Shown here: in pieces, positions 26,369 to 35,673 of the stretch
How positions within the stretch are numbered: position 1 is the stretch's first letter
Layout: the number at the start of each line of letters is the position of its first letter
Made by a program: the position numbers and the translations under genes
Assembly (NCBI RefSeq): GCF_006345805.1
Contig: NC_042997.1
Span: 133,920,001 to 133,984,000 of the forward strand
Length of the DNA: 64,000 nt
Direction of reading: 5' to 3'
Source of the DNA: Octopus sinensis
Lineage: Eukaryota
Notes under the pieces: generated by a model
Database searches by the model: none
What the model saw: the letters and a program-made list of their open reading frames with translations, nothing else
Told to the model about the DNA's origin: nothing

Positions 26369-29300
26369 CATTCAATATGTGACCGCGTGTGTATCCTGTG
26401 CGATTTTTTACCTCCTTCTTCCCTTCCTTAGATCTTTCCTTTTTCTATGTTTCTGATGAAGAGCTCCGCTCGAAACGTTAAATCCTCCTTCCTTTCCTTT
26501 CCTGAGTGTCCAATAACACTATACTTGTTCCATGTCCTCACGTGTTGTGTTTTCTCTTAGTGTTTTTATGTTTGGATTAACTGTATATGTATATATATAT
26601 ATATATATATGTGTGTATGTGTTTGTGTGTCTGTGTTTGTCCCCCTTACATCGCTTGACAACCGATGCTGGTGTGTTTACGTCCCTTTAACTTAGCGGTT
26701 CGGCAAAAGAGTTCCATAGAATAAGTACTAGGCTTACAAAGAATAAGTCCTGGGGTCAATTTGCTCGCGTAAGGCAGTGCTCCAGCATGGCTACAGTCAA
26801 GTGACTGAAACCAGTAAAGAGTATATTTTGGACAAGACCTTGTGGTGAACCATTAAAATTTCGGACAGATTACTTTGCCGTGTTCTTTCCTGTTATTTAT
26901 TTATTTATTTATTTTTTTTTTTTGCTTTAACCCTTTTGTTACTGTATTTATTTTGAGATGCTCTGTCTTTTTTTCAATTACTTTAAATATATCAAAGAAT
27001 TTAGTAAAATAACTTAATTATCATTCAGCTAGTGTTAGGAGCATTAATTGTGACTAAGGTTTGGTGGGAGATTTTAATTCAAAAGTTATGAAAACAAGAC
27101 ATTTATACTACAGAGCCAGTTTCAGCCGGGTTGGAAACGAAAGGGTTAGCAGAATTAAAATTTTACCCAGATTTGCTTTACTTTTCATTCTTTTGATGCT
27201 GATCAATTAAGGATCAGTACAGGGCAACATATTTTATCCAGTGCTCTGATAGTTCTGCCAATTGACTGCAGTAGTCATTCATGACATTTGCAGGCCCTCC
27301 TGGACTGATCAGTATAGTACAAATTAATGCCTGGTGTTAGCAAGTTAAAACATAGATTGGAAAGAGGAGCAGGCATTTGGTCCAAATGTCTGTAACAGTA
27401 AAATGTGTTAAAAGAACCTAAAGACCAGTGGCAGTTGTAAACTAGATAGTATATTAGGCCTGCCACCTGTGATTAGAGTTACTGCAACTTGTTAGTCTTA
27501 CCAACCATGTTAGATAGGTGTATTAGCCAAGGTAAAAATCTATCATCTATGGTTTTTCCATAGTATCAAATGTGCCATCAAACATCTAGTGAGAAGAGAA
27601 TCAGACCTACATGCTTAAAATCTACACATGGCGTAAGAGTCAGAAACATTTACACTTTATTTCTTAAAAAAAAATTTTTTTTACCTTTTTGTTCAGTGAA
27701 ATTTCACCTGATAATATTTTGATATTGCAGGCAATAAGAATAACAGACTTCCAAGTAAAACCAGTATTAAACAGGTCACTGTACAAGGCCTGGAATCAGG
27801 CACAGTAATTGGAATAGCTTTTTCAGCATTTATCATTGGTGTGCTTCTTACAGCTACCTTGTGGTTCATACAGGTATATACAGGTGAGTGAACAGAACTT
27901 ATCCATTCTTTTGTCATACTGGATGACATTTCAAATATTTGCAGTGTGGAAGGTGTTTATAAGCCATTTAAGAAACACACAAAAACTGTTAGATTTACTT
28001 CAAATTAAATTTAAATGTTGAAGTGAATCTAACGGTCTTTGTTTGCTTCTTAAATGGCTTATAAACACCTTCCATGCTACAATTGTTTTTGTTCCAGCAC
28101 ACGATCTCAGATCAGGTCACGTGCTATGCAAGTACATCTCCATAATTTTAAATATTGTTGATCTGTGAAATCTGTGAATATTCCAAATGACTTCTAGAAC
28201 ATGCAAAATTACTGATATTGTACAAATACTGCTGTTTGTTGTCAATACCATATTTGCAAGAAAGTGTTTTGTGCTCATGAAAATGGTACAATGACAATGT
28301 TTCATTGTCTACACTGCAATTTTAGTGATAGAATGAGATTTATGGAACATCTGAAGTCATATTATTTACATTCAACGGATATTTGTCCGCATCTTGTTTG
28401 TTGTTAACACAACGTTTCGGCTGATATACCCTCCAGCCTTCTTCAGGAGTCTTGGGGAAATTTTGAACCTGGGTTCTCATTCCTAAGGTATTCTAGGATG
28501 TTATTATTATAATTATTATTGTTCAGATCTTATATGGCATAGTGGTTAAGAGCGCGAACTAACCCCAAGATTCCAAGTTCGATTCCAAGCAGTGACCTGA
28601 ACAACAATAATAATTATAATAATAATAATAACATCAAAGAATACCTTAGGAATGAGAACCCAGGTTCAAAATTTCCCCAAGACACCTGAAGAAGGCCGGA
28701 GGGTATATCAGCCAAAACATTGTGTTAACAACAAACAAGATGAGGACAAATATCCGTCGAATGTAAATAATGTACACAATTCCTCATCTCTTAAATATAG
28801 AACTGTATCTGAAGTCATGTAATAATTTTTCTAGCTAAGAATAGGGCAAATTTTATATCAAGAACACTTTTGCATGAACATTTTCTCATGGAAAATTAAT
28901 AAAATTTATCACACAAATCATTACTATATATAATCATTGTTTTCATGCACAGTTTTTACCTCTAGTCCTAAGTTGGATAAGCCTTCTTAAGGCAATATTT
29001 TATGGCTTCTGATGCTTATTCTTGTTTTGAAAGAAGTTCGTTTATTTCATGTCTATGCATGTTGAACTGTATGCAAAGACAAACACACAATTAAAGACAT
29101 ACACATACATATATACTTATACATGCTAGGTGTCCATACAGTTTCTCTCTAATCAAGTTACACATGTAAGGTACTGTTCAAACTGAGTCTCTAGTAGAAG
29201 ACACATACCCAGTAGTTTTGGACCTGAAGCCACATGGTTGCAAAATGGAATTAACAAGCCATGCTTTACTATGGTTTTCTTAAATCGTTTGTCTAACACA

Positions 29301-31623
29301 TGTGCGTGCATGAGAATTTATTCATTTTTACACCTGTTTTTCCATGCTAATATCTTCATCATTTAATGCCTGTCATCCATGCCGGCATGGGTTAGATAAT
29401 TTCACATGAGCTGATAAACCAGAGGACCATGCCAACTTCTGTTTAGTTTGGCATGGTTTTTATGGCTGGATGCTCTTCCTAGGGCCAGCTTTACAGAAGC
29501 TTAGAATGAAAATATACCTATTAGAAAACAGGTAAGCTTGGTGTCAGGGAGAGCATCCATCCATAGAAAATCTGCCACGAGTTTTGTGTGACTGATAACA
29601 GCAAGATAAAATAATGATGCTTACTGTTACACAAATGCATATGTATACCGTAAATCCTCGAGTATAATCCGCATTTTTTTCCCCAAAATTTAAAGGTCAA
29701 AATACCTAGCGCGTACTATATACGAGGTTAAAAATGAAAATTATTTTCTAAGCAATGTCTGAGTTTCTATTTGCTGTCTGGCAATGTTTATTCAAACGCA
29801 TTTTGTGATGTCAGGCGCAAAAATACCATAAGCTAAGCCTGAAAGCAATGAAGTCATAAAAGAATCATCCATAACTTGCAGTAAACAACATTTATTAAAC
29901 TTTATTACTGTTATTTCTTTATTTTCTGCAAACAAAATGCACAAAAAAGCTACACATTTGCATTATGTTATATATATACAATAATAATAAAGGATGTTAC
30001 CGTATACATTTTTACAAACCAAGGACGTTATATAGACCTCCTTGGCTCAAGTTAGAGAAGAGGTGCGTATTATACATAAGGTTTAGGTTTTTCAGAGGTA
30101 CAGCCCCCTAAAAGTCTCCTGCGTATTATACTCAAGGGCAGACTATACTCGAGGTCTTTTTGGTATATCTTTTTTACTTTATGAGCTGCATGGTGGTCTT
30201 ATACCATGTTGATGCTACAAACAGTATTCTGTGAGTGGTTGGTAATAAATTCAGGCAGAGAAAACATGGGGCTTCAGAGGGTGTTTTAGCATTGCCAATC
30301 ACATGGTAACCTCTAAAGTGTTGGTGCCACATTTAACTGCACTCAGTACATTCTGTAAAGTGTTTGGTGTTTGAAAGGGACATTCAGTCATGGTAACCAT
30401 GACAGAAATAAGACATTGTAGGAAAATATGGTCCACCAATCTCTTGGATCCTGTTAAATTGTGCAACCTTTGCTAGTATGGAAAATGGATGTAAAATGAT
30501 GATGACGATGATCTGCCTACTGTATTTGATGGGATATAATAAGCACTTTTATTCCCTAAAGATATCTCAGAATTTCACACCAGGCTCTCTTGGGGAAGTA
30601 GGGTCTCCCAATAACTTTAATGCACCAAAAAAGTTTTTCGTTTTTGCTAAATATGTGCTGAGAAATTGTGGTATGTGTAATATGTCCGAGAGTCTATTAT
30701 GCTATCTAATAGGGTAATTACAAATGTGATTAGAAATATTATTTTGATAAAATTATAAAACACATTTGATGGGGCATGGCTTAGTAGTGGGAGTGTTTGT
30801 GATCACAAGATTGTGGTTTCAATTCCTGGACCAAATGGTGTGTTGTGTTCTTGAGTGAAACACTTCATTTCTCGTTGCCCTAGTTCACTCAACTGGCAAA
30901 AGTGAGCAATCATGCAACAGACCAGCATCCCATCCAATGGAGGAATATATCATCATCGTTTAATGTCCGCTTTCCATGCTAGCATGGGTTGGACGATTTG
31001 ACTGAGGACTGGTGAACCAGATGGCTGCCCCAGGCTCCAATCTTGATCTGTGCCACAAAAACCAGGAAACGGGGCCCTATAAGTCTAGATGGCTTGGGAA
31101 GGATATTTATCCCATTATCCTACAAAAAATGGAGGCATTTGACTTAGTGGTTAAGGCGTTGGACTCATGACTGTTAGATTGTAGTTTCAATTCCTGGACC
31201 AGGTGACATGTTGTGTTCTTGAACAAAACACTTCATTTCTCTTTGTTCCAGTTACCTGAACTGGTAAAAGTAAGTAATCCTCTGACTGATCAGCATCCCA
31301 TACAGGTGGGTAATATATATGCCATGGAAACCGGGAAACCATCCCTAGAAGGATCTTCATCTTTTATTTTCTTCACATGCATGTACACAGACATGGACGC
31401 ACACAGAAATAGAGTCACATACGCACAAACCTTACATGTATGCCTATAGTATCAGTGTAGTAATTAAATAATAAAAGTATTATATTTATTTTGTTTGTTT
31501 TTTTTTTGTTTTTTTTTTCCTGCAGACCCACAAAAGCGAGAAGCTAAGAGACGCATAGAGGGCTCAACAACAGAGACCAGTGCAGATTCGACACCATGCT
31601 CGTTCAGTCCAATCTCTATGTAA
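1544..31623 (+). CDS. TGFBR3: TGFBR3/betaglycan-like ZP-domain transmembrane proteoglycan, 3' nine coding exons (5'-partial, about 445 aa visible)
   Basis: Manual splice join 1544-1728, 8839-8985, 13916-14167, 16715-16841, 17816-17894, 23099-23276, 25441-25561, 27731-27883, 31526-31623 gives one open frame ending in TAA. All introns are GT..AG with matching phases (0,0,0,1,2,0,1,1). TM segment [32 protein letters not shown] resembles betaglycan [32 protein letters not shown]; tail STPCS; 4+6 Cys ZP pattern. Orthology versus endoglin-like status not tested. Confidence 0.85.
1958..2350 (+). mobile_element. SINE family A (tRNA-like head, internal TA/TG microsatellite, aaacaagtaaaagag tail)
   Basis: Head gtggctgtgtggtaagtagc...ggttccgggttcagtccc. 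Other copies: 1-136, 4659-5065, 5294-5728, 14810-15197(-), 15585-15910, 26165-26822, 56215-56585(-), 63810-63853. Confidence 0.85.
3597..3880 (-). mobile_element. 3' end of an RLE-type (HERO-like) non-LTR retrotransposon ORF
   Basis: Translation [33 protein letters not shown]...[19 protein letters not shown] fits the restriction-like endonuclease C-terminus (K..KY..L...C...GW....VG.RG ... AE.AS.W.W) recalled for HERO-clade LINEs. The first ~28 aa of the listed ORF come from an adjacent SINE. Confidence 0.75.
5294..5728 (+). mobile_element. SINE family A, full-length copy
   Basis: ggcgcaggagtggctgtgtgg ... gactgaaacaagtaaaagagtaaaagagagtaaaagagt. Confidence 0.85.
8839..8985 (+). CDS. TGFBR3: Exon b: ZP-N ([49 protein letters not shown])
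   Basis: Acceptor ttctttag|ATG, donor AAG|gtaaga, 147 nt; TLDDPIC...CQT resembles betaglycan TLLDPTC...CGT. Confidence 0.92.
10180..10375 (-). mobile_element. Second HHR family B element between TG/TA microsatellites
   Basis: Reverse-complement similarity to 26372-26583, including the hammerhead-like motif and the ...tttggattaac end. Confidence 0.65.
10271..10305 (-). ncRNA. Hammerhead-like motif, family B, mutated core
   Basis: GUUU-UCGACGA-A-GAGC-ucc-GCUC-GAA-ACGU-U-AAAC; perfect stems, but core C3/U4 altered. Confidence 0.5.
12141..12582 (+). mobile_element. SINE family C (internal ~55-60-bp tandem repeats, (GAT)n tail)
   Basis: Repeated gtgccggtggcacgtaaaaagcacc units, then gttggcgttaggaagggcatccagc ... 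gttaaacgatgatgatg. Other copies: 18553-19087, 24590-24908, 37125-37470; partial ones at 2960-3200, 14380-14530, 17520-17760, 22685-22870, 42500-42660. Confidence 0.8.
13916..14167 (+). CDS. TGFBR3: Exon c: end of ZP-N with acidic Ser-Gly (GAG attachment) loop and Cys4
   Basis: Long pyrimidine tract ttttatctttcag|CTT, donor AAG|gtaaag, 252 nt; encodes EGSG, DDDDDD, QGSGSG, IDFSCS. Confidence 0.92.
14810..15197 (-). mobile_element. SINE family A, antisense copy
   Basis: Reverse complement of the family A sequence. Confidence 0.8.
16155..16690. repeat. Degenerate (ACT)n/(ACC)n trinucleotide array with higher-order repeats
   Basis: Recurrent ccactagtaccacctccactg...actgctaccctcttact blocks; ends about 25 nt before the exon d acceptor. 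Confidence 0.9.
16715..16841 (+). CDS. TGFBR3: Exon d: start of ZP-C ([42 protein letters not shown])
   Basis: Acceptor ttccatttcag|ATA, donor GAG|gtttgt, 127 nt, phase 0 to 1; IHP-like YHLDFYDD and YIYVKARV strand. Confidence 0.9.
17816..17894 (+). CDS. TGFBR3: Exon e: ZP-C ([27 protein letters not shown])
   Basis: Acceptor tttaccag|AT, donor GG|gtgagt, 79 nt; supplies exactly the phase 1 to 2 bridge needed between exons d and f. Not visible in the ORF track in this frame. Confidence 0.9.
18237..19428. mobile_element. pogo/Tigger-like non-autonomous DNA transposon carrying a nested SINE
   Basis: TIRs cagtgatcccttgtttatcgcgg / ccgcgaagaagcgagggatcactg, left TA flank; SINE inserted at about 18553-19087. 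Confidence 0.75.
19707..19919. mobile_element. TTAA-flanked (piggyBac-like) MITE
   Basis: ttaa-ccctttt ... aaaagg-ttaa; same family in the opposite orientation at 26927-27149 and a decayed copy near 57570-57790. Confidence 0.6.
21527..21754. repeat. Near-perfect inverted repeat, about 110-bp arms, 7-nt loop (gaaccaa, 21637-21643)
   Basis: Arms are reverse complements except for a 1-nt homopolymer indel (gggaatt vs gggaaatt); abuts a (TA)n tract. Confidence 0.95.
23099..23276 (+). CDS. TGFBR3: Exon f: ZP-C ([59 protein letters not shown])
   Basis: Acceptor ttttacag|G, donor CAG|gtaatt, 178 nt; FSF motif and CxxxxC typical of ZP-C. Confidence 0.92.
23318..23624 (+). mobile_element. SINE family D (tRNA-like head, V-domain-like ggactggcgtcccgtccagg)
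   Basis: tgtggaggcacatggcctagtggttagagcagc head; copies at 53134-53444 and 7597-7900, related pieces at 22385-22665, 30770-30930, 31130-31345. Starts about 40 bp after the exon f donor. Confidence 0.75.
25441..25561 (+). CDS. TGFBR3: Exon g: end of ZP-C and EHP ([40 protein letters not shown])
   Basis: Acceptor ttattgcag|TGC, donor CAC|gtaagc, 121 nt; CIAPKEFC resembles betaglycan CVPPDEAC. Confidence 0.92.
26372..26583 (+). mobile_element. About 210-bp Penelope pLTR-like element (HHR family B) inserted in the (TA)n tract of a SINE
   Basis: Splits SINE 26165-26822 at its TA microsatellite; a homologous inverted copy lies at about 10180-10375. Confidence 0.65.
26449..26483 (+). ncRNA. Minimal type I hammerhead-like motif, family B, intact core
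   Basis: GUUU-CUGAUGA-A-GAGC-ucc-GCUC-GAA-ACGU-U-AAAU. Confidence 0.7.
26927..27149. mobile_element. TTAA-flanked (piggyBac-like) MITE, second copy
   Basis: ttaa-ccctttt ... gaaaggg-ttag; reverse-complement similarity to 19707-19919. Confidence 0.6.
27731..27883 (+). CDS. TGFBR3: Exon h: juxtamembrane and transmembrane helix
   Basis: Acceptor gatattgcag|GC, donor CAG|gtgagt, 153 nt; [24 protein letters not shown]. Confidence 0.93.
27939..28140 (+). mobile_element. HHR family C element, 5'-truncated near the predicted cleavage site, with fold-back inverted arm
   Basis: Arms 27939-28003 / 28018-28082 with a short AT loop; possible TSD tttcaaatatt (27929-27939) / ttttaaatatt (28146-28156). 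Confidence 0.6.
28406..28451 (-). ncRNA. Minimal type I hammerhead-like motif, family A, intact core
   Basis: GACUC-CUGAAGA-A-GGCUG-gaggguauau-CAGCC-GAA-ACGU-U-GUGUU: stem I, core, stem II, palindromic stem III, GUU site. Confidence 0.7.
28681..28726 (+). ncRNA. Minimal hammerhead-like motif, family A, decayed (G12 to A)
   Basis: GACAC-CUGAAGA-A-GGCCG-gaggguauau-CAGCC-AAA-ACAU-U-GUGUU; full stem I but CpG-type decay at G12 and G16.2. Confidence 0.55.
29648..30163. mobile_element. pogo-like MITE
   Basis: TA-ccgtaaatcctcgagtataatccgc ... gcagactatactcgaggtctttttgg-TA imperfect TIRs. Confidence 0.65.
31526..31623 (+). CDS. TGFBR3: Exon i: cytoplasmic tail ([32 protein letters not shown])
   Basis: Acceptor ttttcctgcag|AC, stop TAA at 31621-31623; STPCS motif shared with betaglycan and endoglin. 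Confidence 0.92.
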
Positions 31624-32042
31624 TGGTTACATTATCAGGGGAATGAATAATGTGCACATCCAACTTACATGTGCATATGTTGTATTACGGGTTGCACACT
31701 CTGTGTGCTTGTATGTATGCACGCATGCATGCATGTGTGCTTGTGTATGTATATATATATATATGTGAGTATGTTTCTGTGTGTGTGTGTGAGTGTATAC
31801 ACATATGTACCTATATATAAATATATATATACAAATGATATGGGTTGCTAATTAGAAATTTTACAACCTAAAGGCAGAGATACATATGTCACTAAAGTGA
31901 CAAAGGGCATGGATCACCAGTAGTATTGCTGGAAATAAGAGTCAAAACAACTCAATAGCCACAGTGTTTCTGTGGCTATAAGAGTTGTTTCAACTATTAT
32001 TTCTAGCAACACTGGTGCTGATTACTGAACTTTAGTGATGTG

Positions 32043-32074
<32 letters not shown>

Positions 32075-32642
32075 GTATGTGTATGTATATATATGTATAT
32101 GTATATATATATATATTATATATATATATATATAATATGTATGTATATATATATATATACATATATATGTGTATGTATATATGTATGAATATATATATGT
32201 ATATATGTATGAATATATATATGTGTATATATATGTAGTATATATATATATATATGAATGTGTATGTATACATATATGTATATATGTATGGTTGTATGTA
32301 TGTATATATATATATATATTATATATATATATATATATATGAGTATGTATTATTTATATATATATGTATATATATGTGTGTGTGTATTTGTATATACATG
32401 CTGAGTGGATTTTTTTTTTTGCGGTTGAGAAAATAAAATGTACTGGTGAATGCATGGAACAGGGTTGTGATATATTCAGTTTGGTTTTTTTTGCAATTTG
32501 TATTAAGAAAAGAAAATACCTAGGGGGGGAGGGTATTAAAAAGTAAATGTGGTGGAAACAACAAAACACACATGAGCATAATTAATTATTAATTATCAAA
32601 GTTATTGATATGGTGTGCACTATCCAACACATACATACATAG

Positions 32643-32693
<51 letters not shown>

Positions 32694-32706
32694 ACTAAGC
32701 AATAAA
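31624..32706 (+). other. Putative 3' UTR with candidate AATAAA signals at 32432 and 32701
   Basis: Follows the stop codon; the AATAAA hexamers are seen directly. The real transcript end is unknown and could extend further into the TA-rich region. Confidence 0.45.
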
Positions 32707-33218
32707 GGGTTTAGCAACGAATTGCCTTACCACATACCGAATTTAGAAATAGCAGTCAAAGGGTTATAGCTATTTCTTCTACTAAAAAGGAGATCTCAGT
32801 AAAAGCAGCAATTGGAAGGCAGACGTGTCTGCCTTCCAATTGCTGTTTTTACTGAGATCTCCCTTTTTAGTAGAAGAAATAGCTATAACCCTTTGACTGC
32901 TATTTCTAAATTCGGTATGTGGTAAGGCAATTCGTTGCTAAACCCTTTATTGCTTAGTATTACTTAAATTTTCCTCGAATGAGGCTTTTACATGCCGAAG
33001 ACTACTTGGTGTAATTGATAATTATTCCAAATTAATTAATTTCACCCTTCATTATTACGGATATATATATATATGTATGTATTTTCATGTTTGTATGTGT
33101 ATATGTATATATATATATGTATATATATATGTATATATATAAATATATATGTATATACATACATATATATATGTATTTATATATATATGTATGTATGTAT
33201 ATATATATGTATACATAC

Positions 33219-33251
<33 letters not shown>

Positions 33252-33396
33252 TTATGTATGTATATATATATGTATACATATATATATATATGTATATACA
33301 TGCATATATATACATACATGTATATGTACGTATATACATGCACATATATATATGTATATGTATGTATTTATATATGTATATATATGTATATGTATG

Positions 33397-33435
<39 letters not shown>

Positions 33436-33526
33436 GCGTGTATATATATGTATATATATAATATATATGAATAAATATATATATATATATATTACATATG
33501 TATATATATATTATATAGATATATGT

Positions 33527-33568
<42 letters not shown>

Positions 33569-33731
33569 GTCTATATATACATGTATATACATGTATATAT
33601 GTATATATATATATAATATATATATATATATGTATGTATATATATATACATATGTGTATATGTATACATGTATATGTGTCAGTGTATCCGTATATACATA
33701 CACACACATGCACATACATCTGTATACACAC

Positions 33732-33767
<36 letters not shown>

Positions 33768-34012
33768 CACCACATATATACATACATATATATATATATA
33801 TCACATGCTTACACCATTGCATATCTGTAGCCAGACCAATGTTGACAATCACATCCCTTTTTGTATGAATGATGTCACTGATAGTATTTCATTGTTTGTT
33901 ATACTAAACTTGTGTCCCGGTATGTTTTTAAGTGTGAGAGATATACTGTAAATATGCAACATGCATGTGTAAAAAATATGTAAATAGGCATATATATGTG
34001 TGTGTGTATATT

Positions 34013-34055
<43 letters not shown>

Positions 34056-34426
34056 GCGCAAACATGCATACATTAACAAATTTATTCTGCTCGTTTTCTG
34101 TTTTCTATACCAATATGAGATGTACATATGTATATACATATATGAAGTTATGAAGTGTGTGTGTGTGTATATATATTTATGTATGGGTATATATATGTGT
34201 ATACAATATATTTGACATACATAAAAGCCATGAGTGGTAAACGAAAAGGTTGGAACTGTCTACAGATTATGTTGGGTCGTCATTTTGTTGTTATCCAGTA
34301 CAGAGAATTTATGCAGGAATGGTCAGATAACAGACGCATATCAGTGCGTATAATTCTGTCTGTTTGTACATGCATATATACATGCATACATATTTATATA
34401 TATATATAGATATATATATATATGTG

Positions 34427-34462
<36 letters not shown>

Positions 34463-34568
34463 TATATATATGTATAATTGTGCACACATATTCATATACA
34501 TAAATATGTGTTATAAATATATATATGTGCATATCTATACACATATATATGTATAAGTGAGTGTGTAT

Positions 34569-34625
<57 letters not shown>

Positions 34626-35193
34626 TTATATATACATGTACATATATATATATATGTATATGTATCCATATATATACATGTATGTATATTTGCGTGTGTA
34701 CATGTATGTGTATATATTTATGCATATATATATCGTATACACACGCGCACACATTTGTATATATATATATACATATATGTACATATAAAATATAATTTTT
34801 TTTACTCATCATACATTTCCATCTAGCACCCACTCAATCGTCCATCAACTCCTTGCACCCCCATCTGTAATGAAATAATCCATTTCCCCCCACCCTTCCT
34901 ATACCCATCACGTTTTTTTTTCTTCCCGTTTTTCATTTTATCATATGATATGACATACAAAACAAAGAAATCTCAGGTGTATATTTTATTCTCTTTATAT
35001 TAACCATGCAGGACCTTTTTTTTTCTCTTTATGAACACACGCATATGCATATATTGATGTGTGTATGTGCATGCACACACAAACACACATACGGTCTATG
35101 TGCCATAGTGTGTAGTTAATATATATATATATTTGTGTGTATGTGTGTGTATATGTATGTATCTATGTATGTATATATAATATATATATTATA

Positions 35194-35229
<36 letters not shown>

Positions 35230-35455
35230 ATATATATGTGTGTGTATATATATATATATATATATGTATGTATATATATATCCATATATGCACATATACA
35301 TATGATATATATTATATACACATATATATATACACACATATGTAAATGAATATTGATACATATGTATATAAACATATATGTAGTTAGTTGAATATTGATA
35401 TTTATATATGTGTGTGTGTGTATATATATATATGAAAGTAGTTAAATATTGATGC

Positions 35456-35486
<31 letters not shown>

Positions 35487-35608
35487 ATATATATATGTGT
35501 ATGCGTATATATATATGTATATATATATATGAATATTATATGAATATATATATATATATATAAATGTGCATGTGTGTATATATATATATATATGTGTAGA
35601 TATACAGA

Positions 35609-35670
<62 letters not shown>
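32030..35670. repeat. Large (TA)n/(TATG)n compound microsatellite field interspersed with short unique islands
   Basis: Direct reading; explains the many YI/IY ORFs. Similar tracts at 6585-6870, 21450-22095, 40330-40750, 51110-51350. Confidence 0.95.
32692..32960. repeat. Near-perfect inverted repeat, about 133-bp arms, 2-nt centre (32825-32826)
   Basis: ggaaggcagac-gt-gtctgccttcc centre; arms differ by one indel and one substitution; abuts a (TA)n tract. Confidence 0.95.

Positions 35671-35673
<3 letters not shown>

Larger units (their letters stand above)
28349..28818 (+). mobile_element. tRNA-headed, hammerhead-containing retroposon with 5' inverted duplication and 12-bp TSD (HHR family A)
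   Basis: TSD atctgaagtcat at 28349-28360 and 28807-28818; inverted arms 28361-28526 / 28597-28771; central tRNA-like head with box A tggcatagtgg and box B agttcgattcc; CTGAAGA..GAAAC motif in the arms. Confidence 0.8.

Noticed and set aside
28530-28595. tRNA gene
   Set aside because: Box A and box B are present but there is no complete acceptor stem or intact anticodon arm; interpreted as a SINE-type head.
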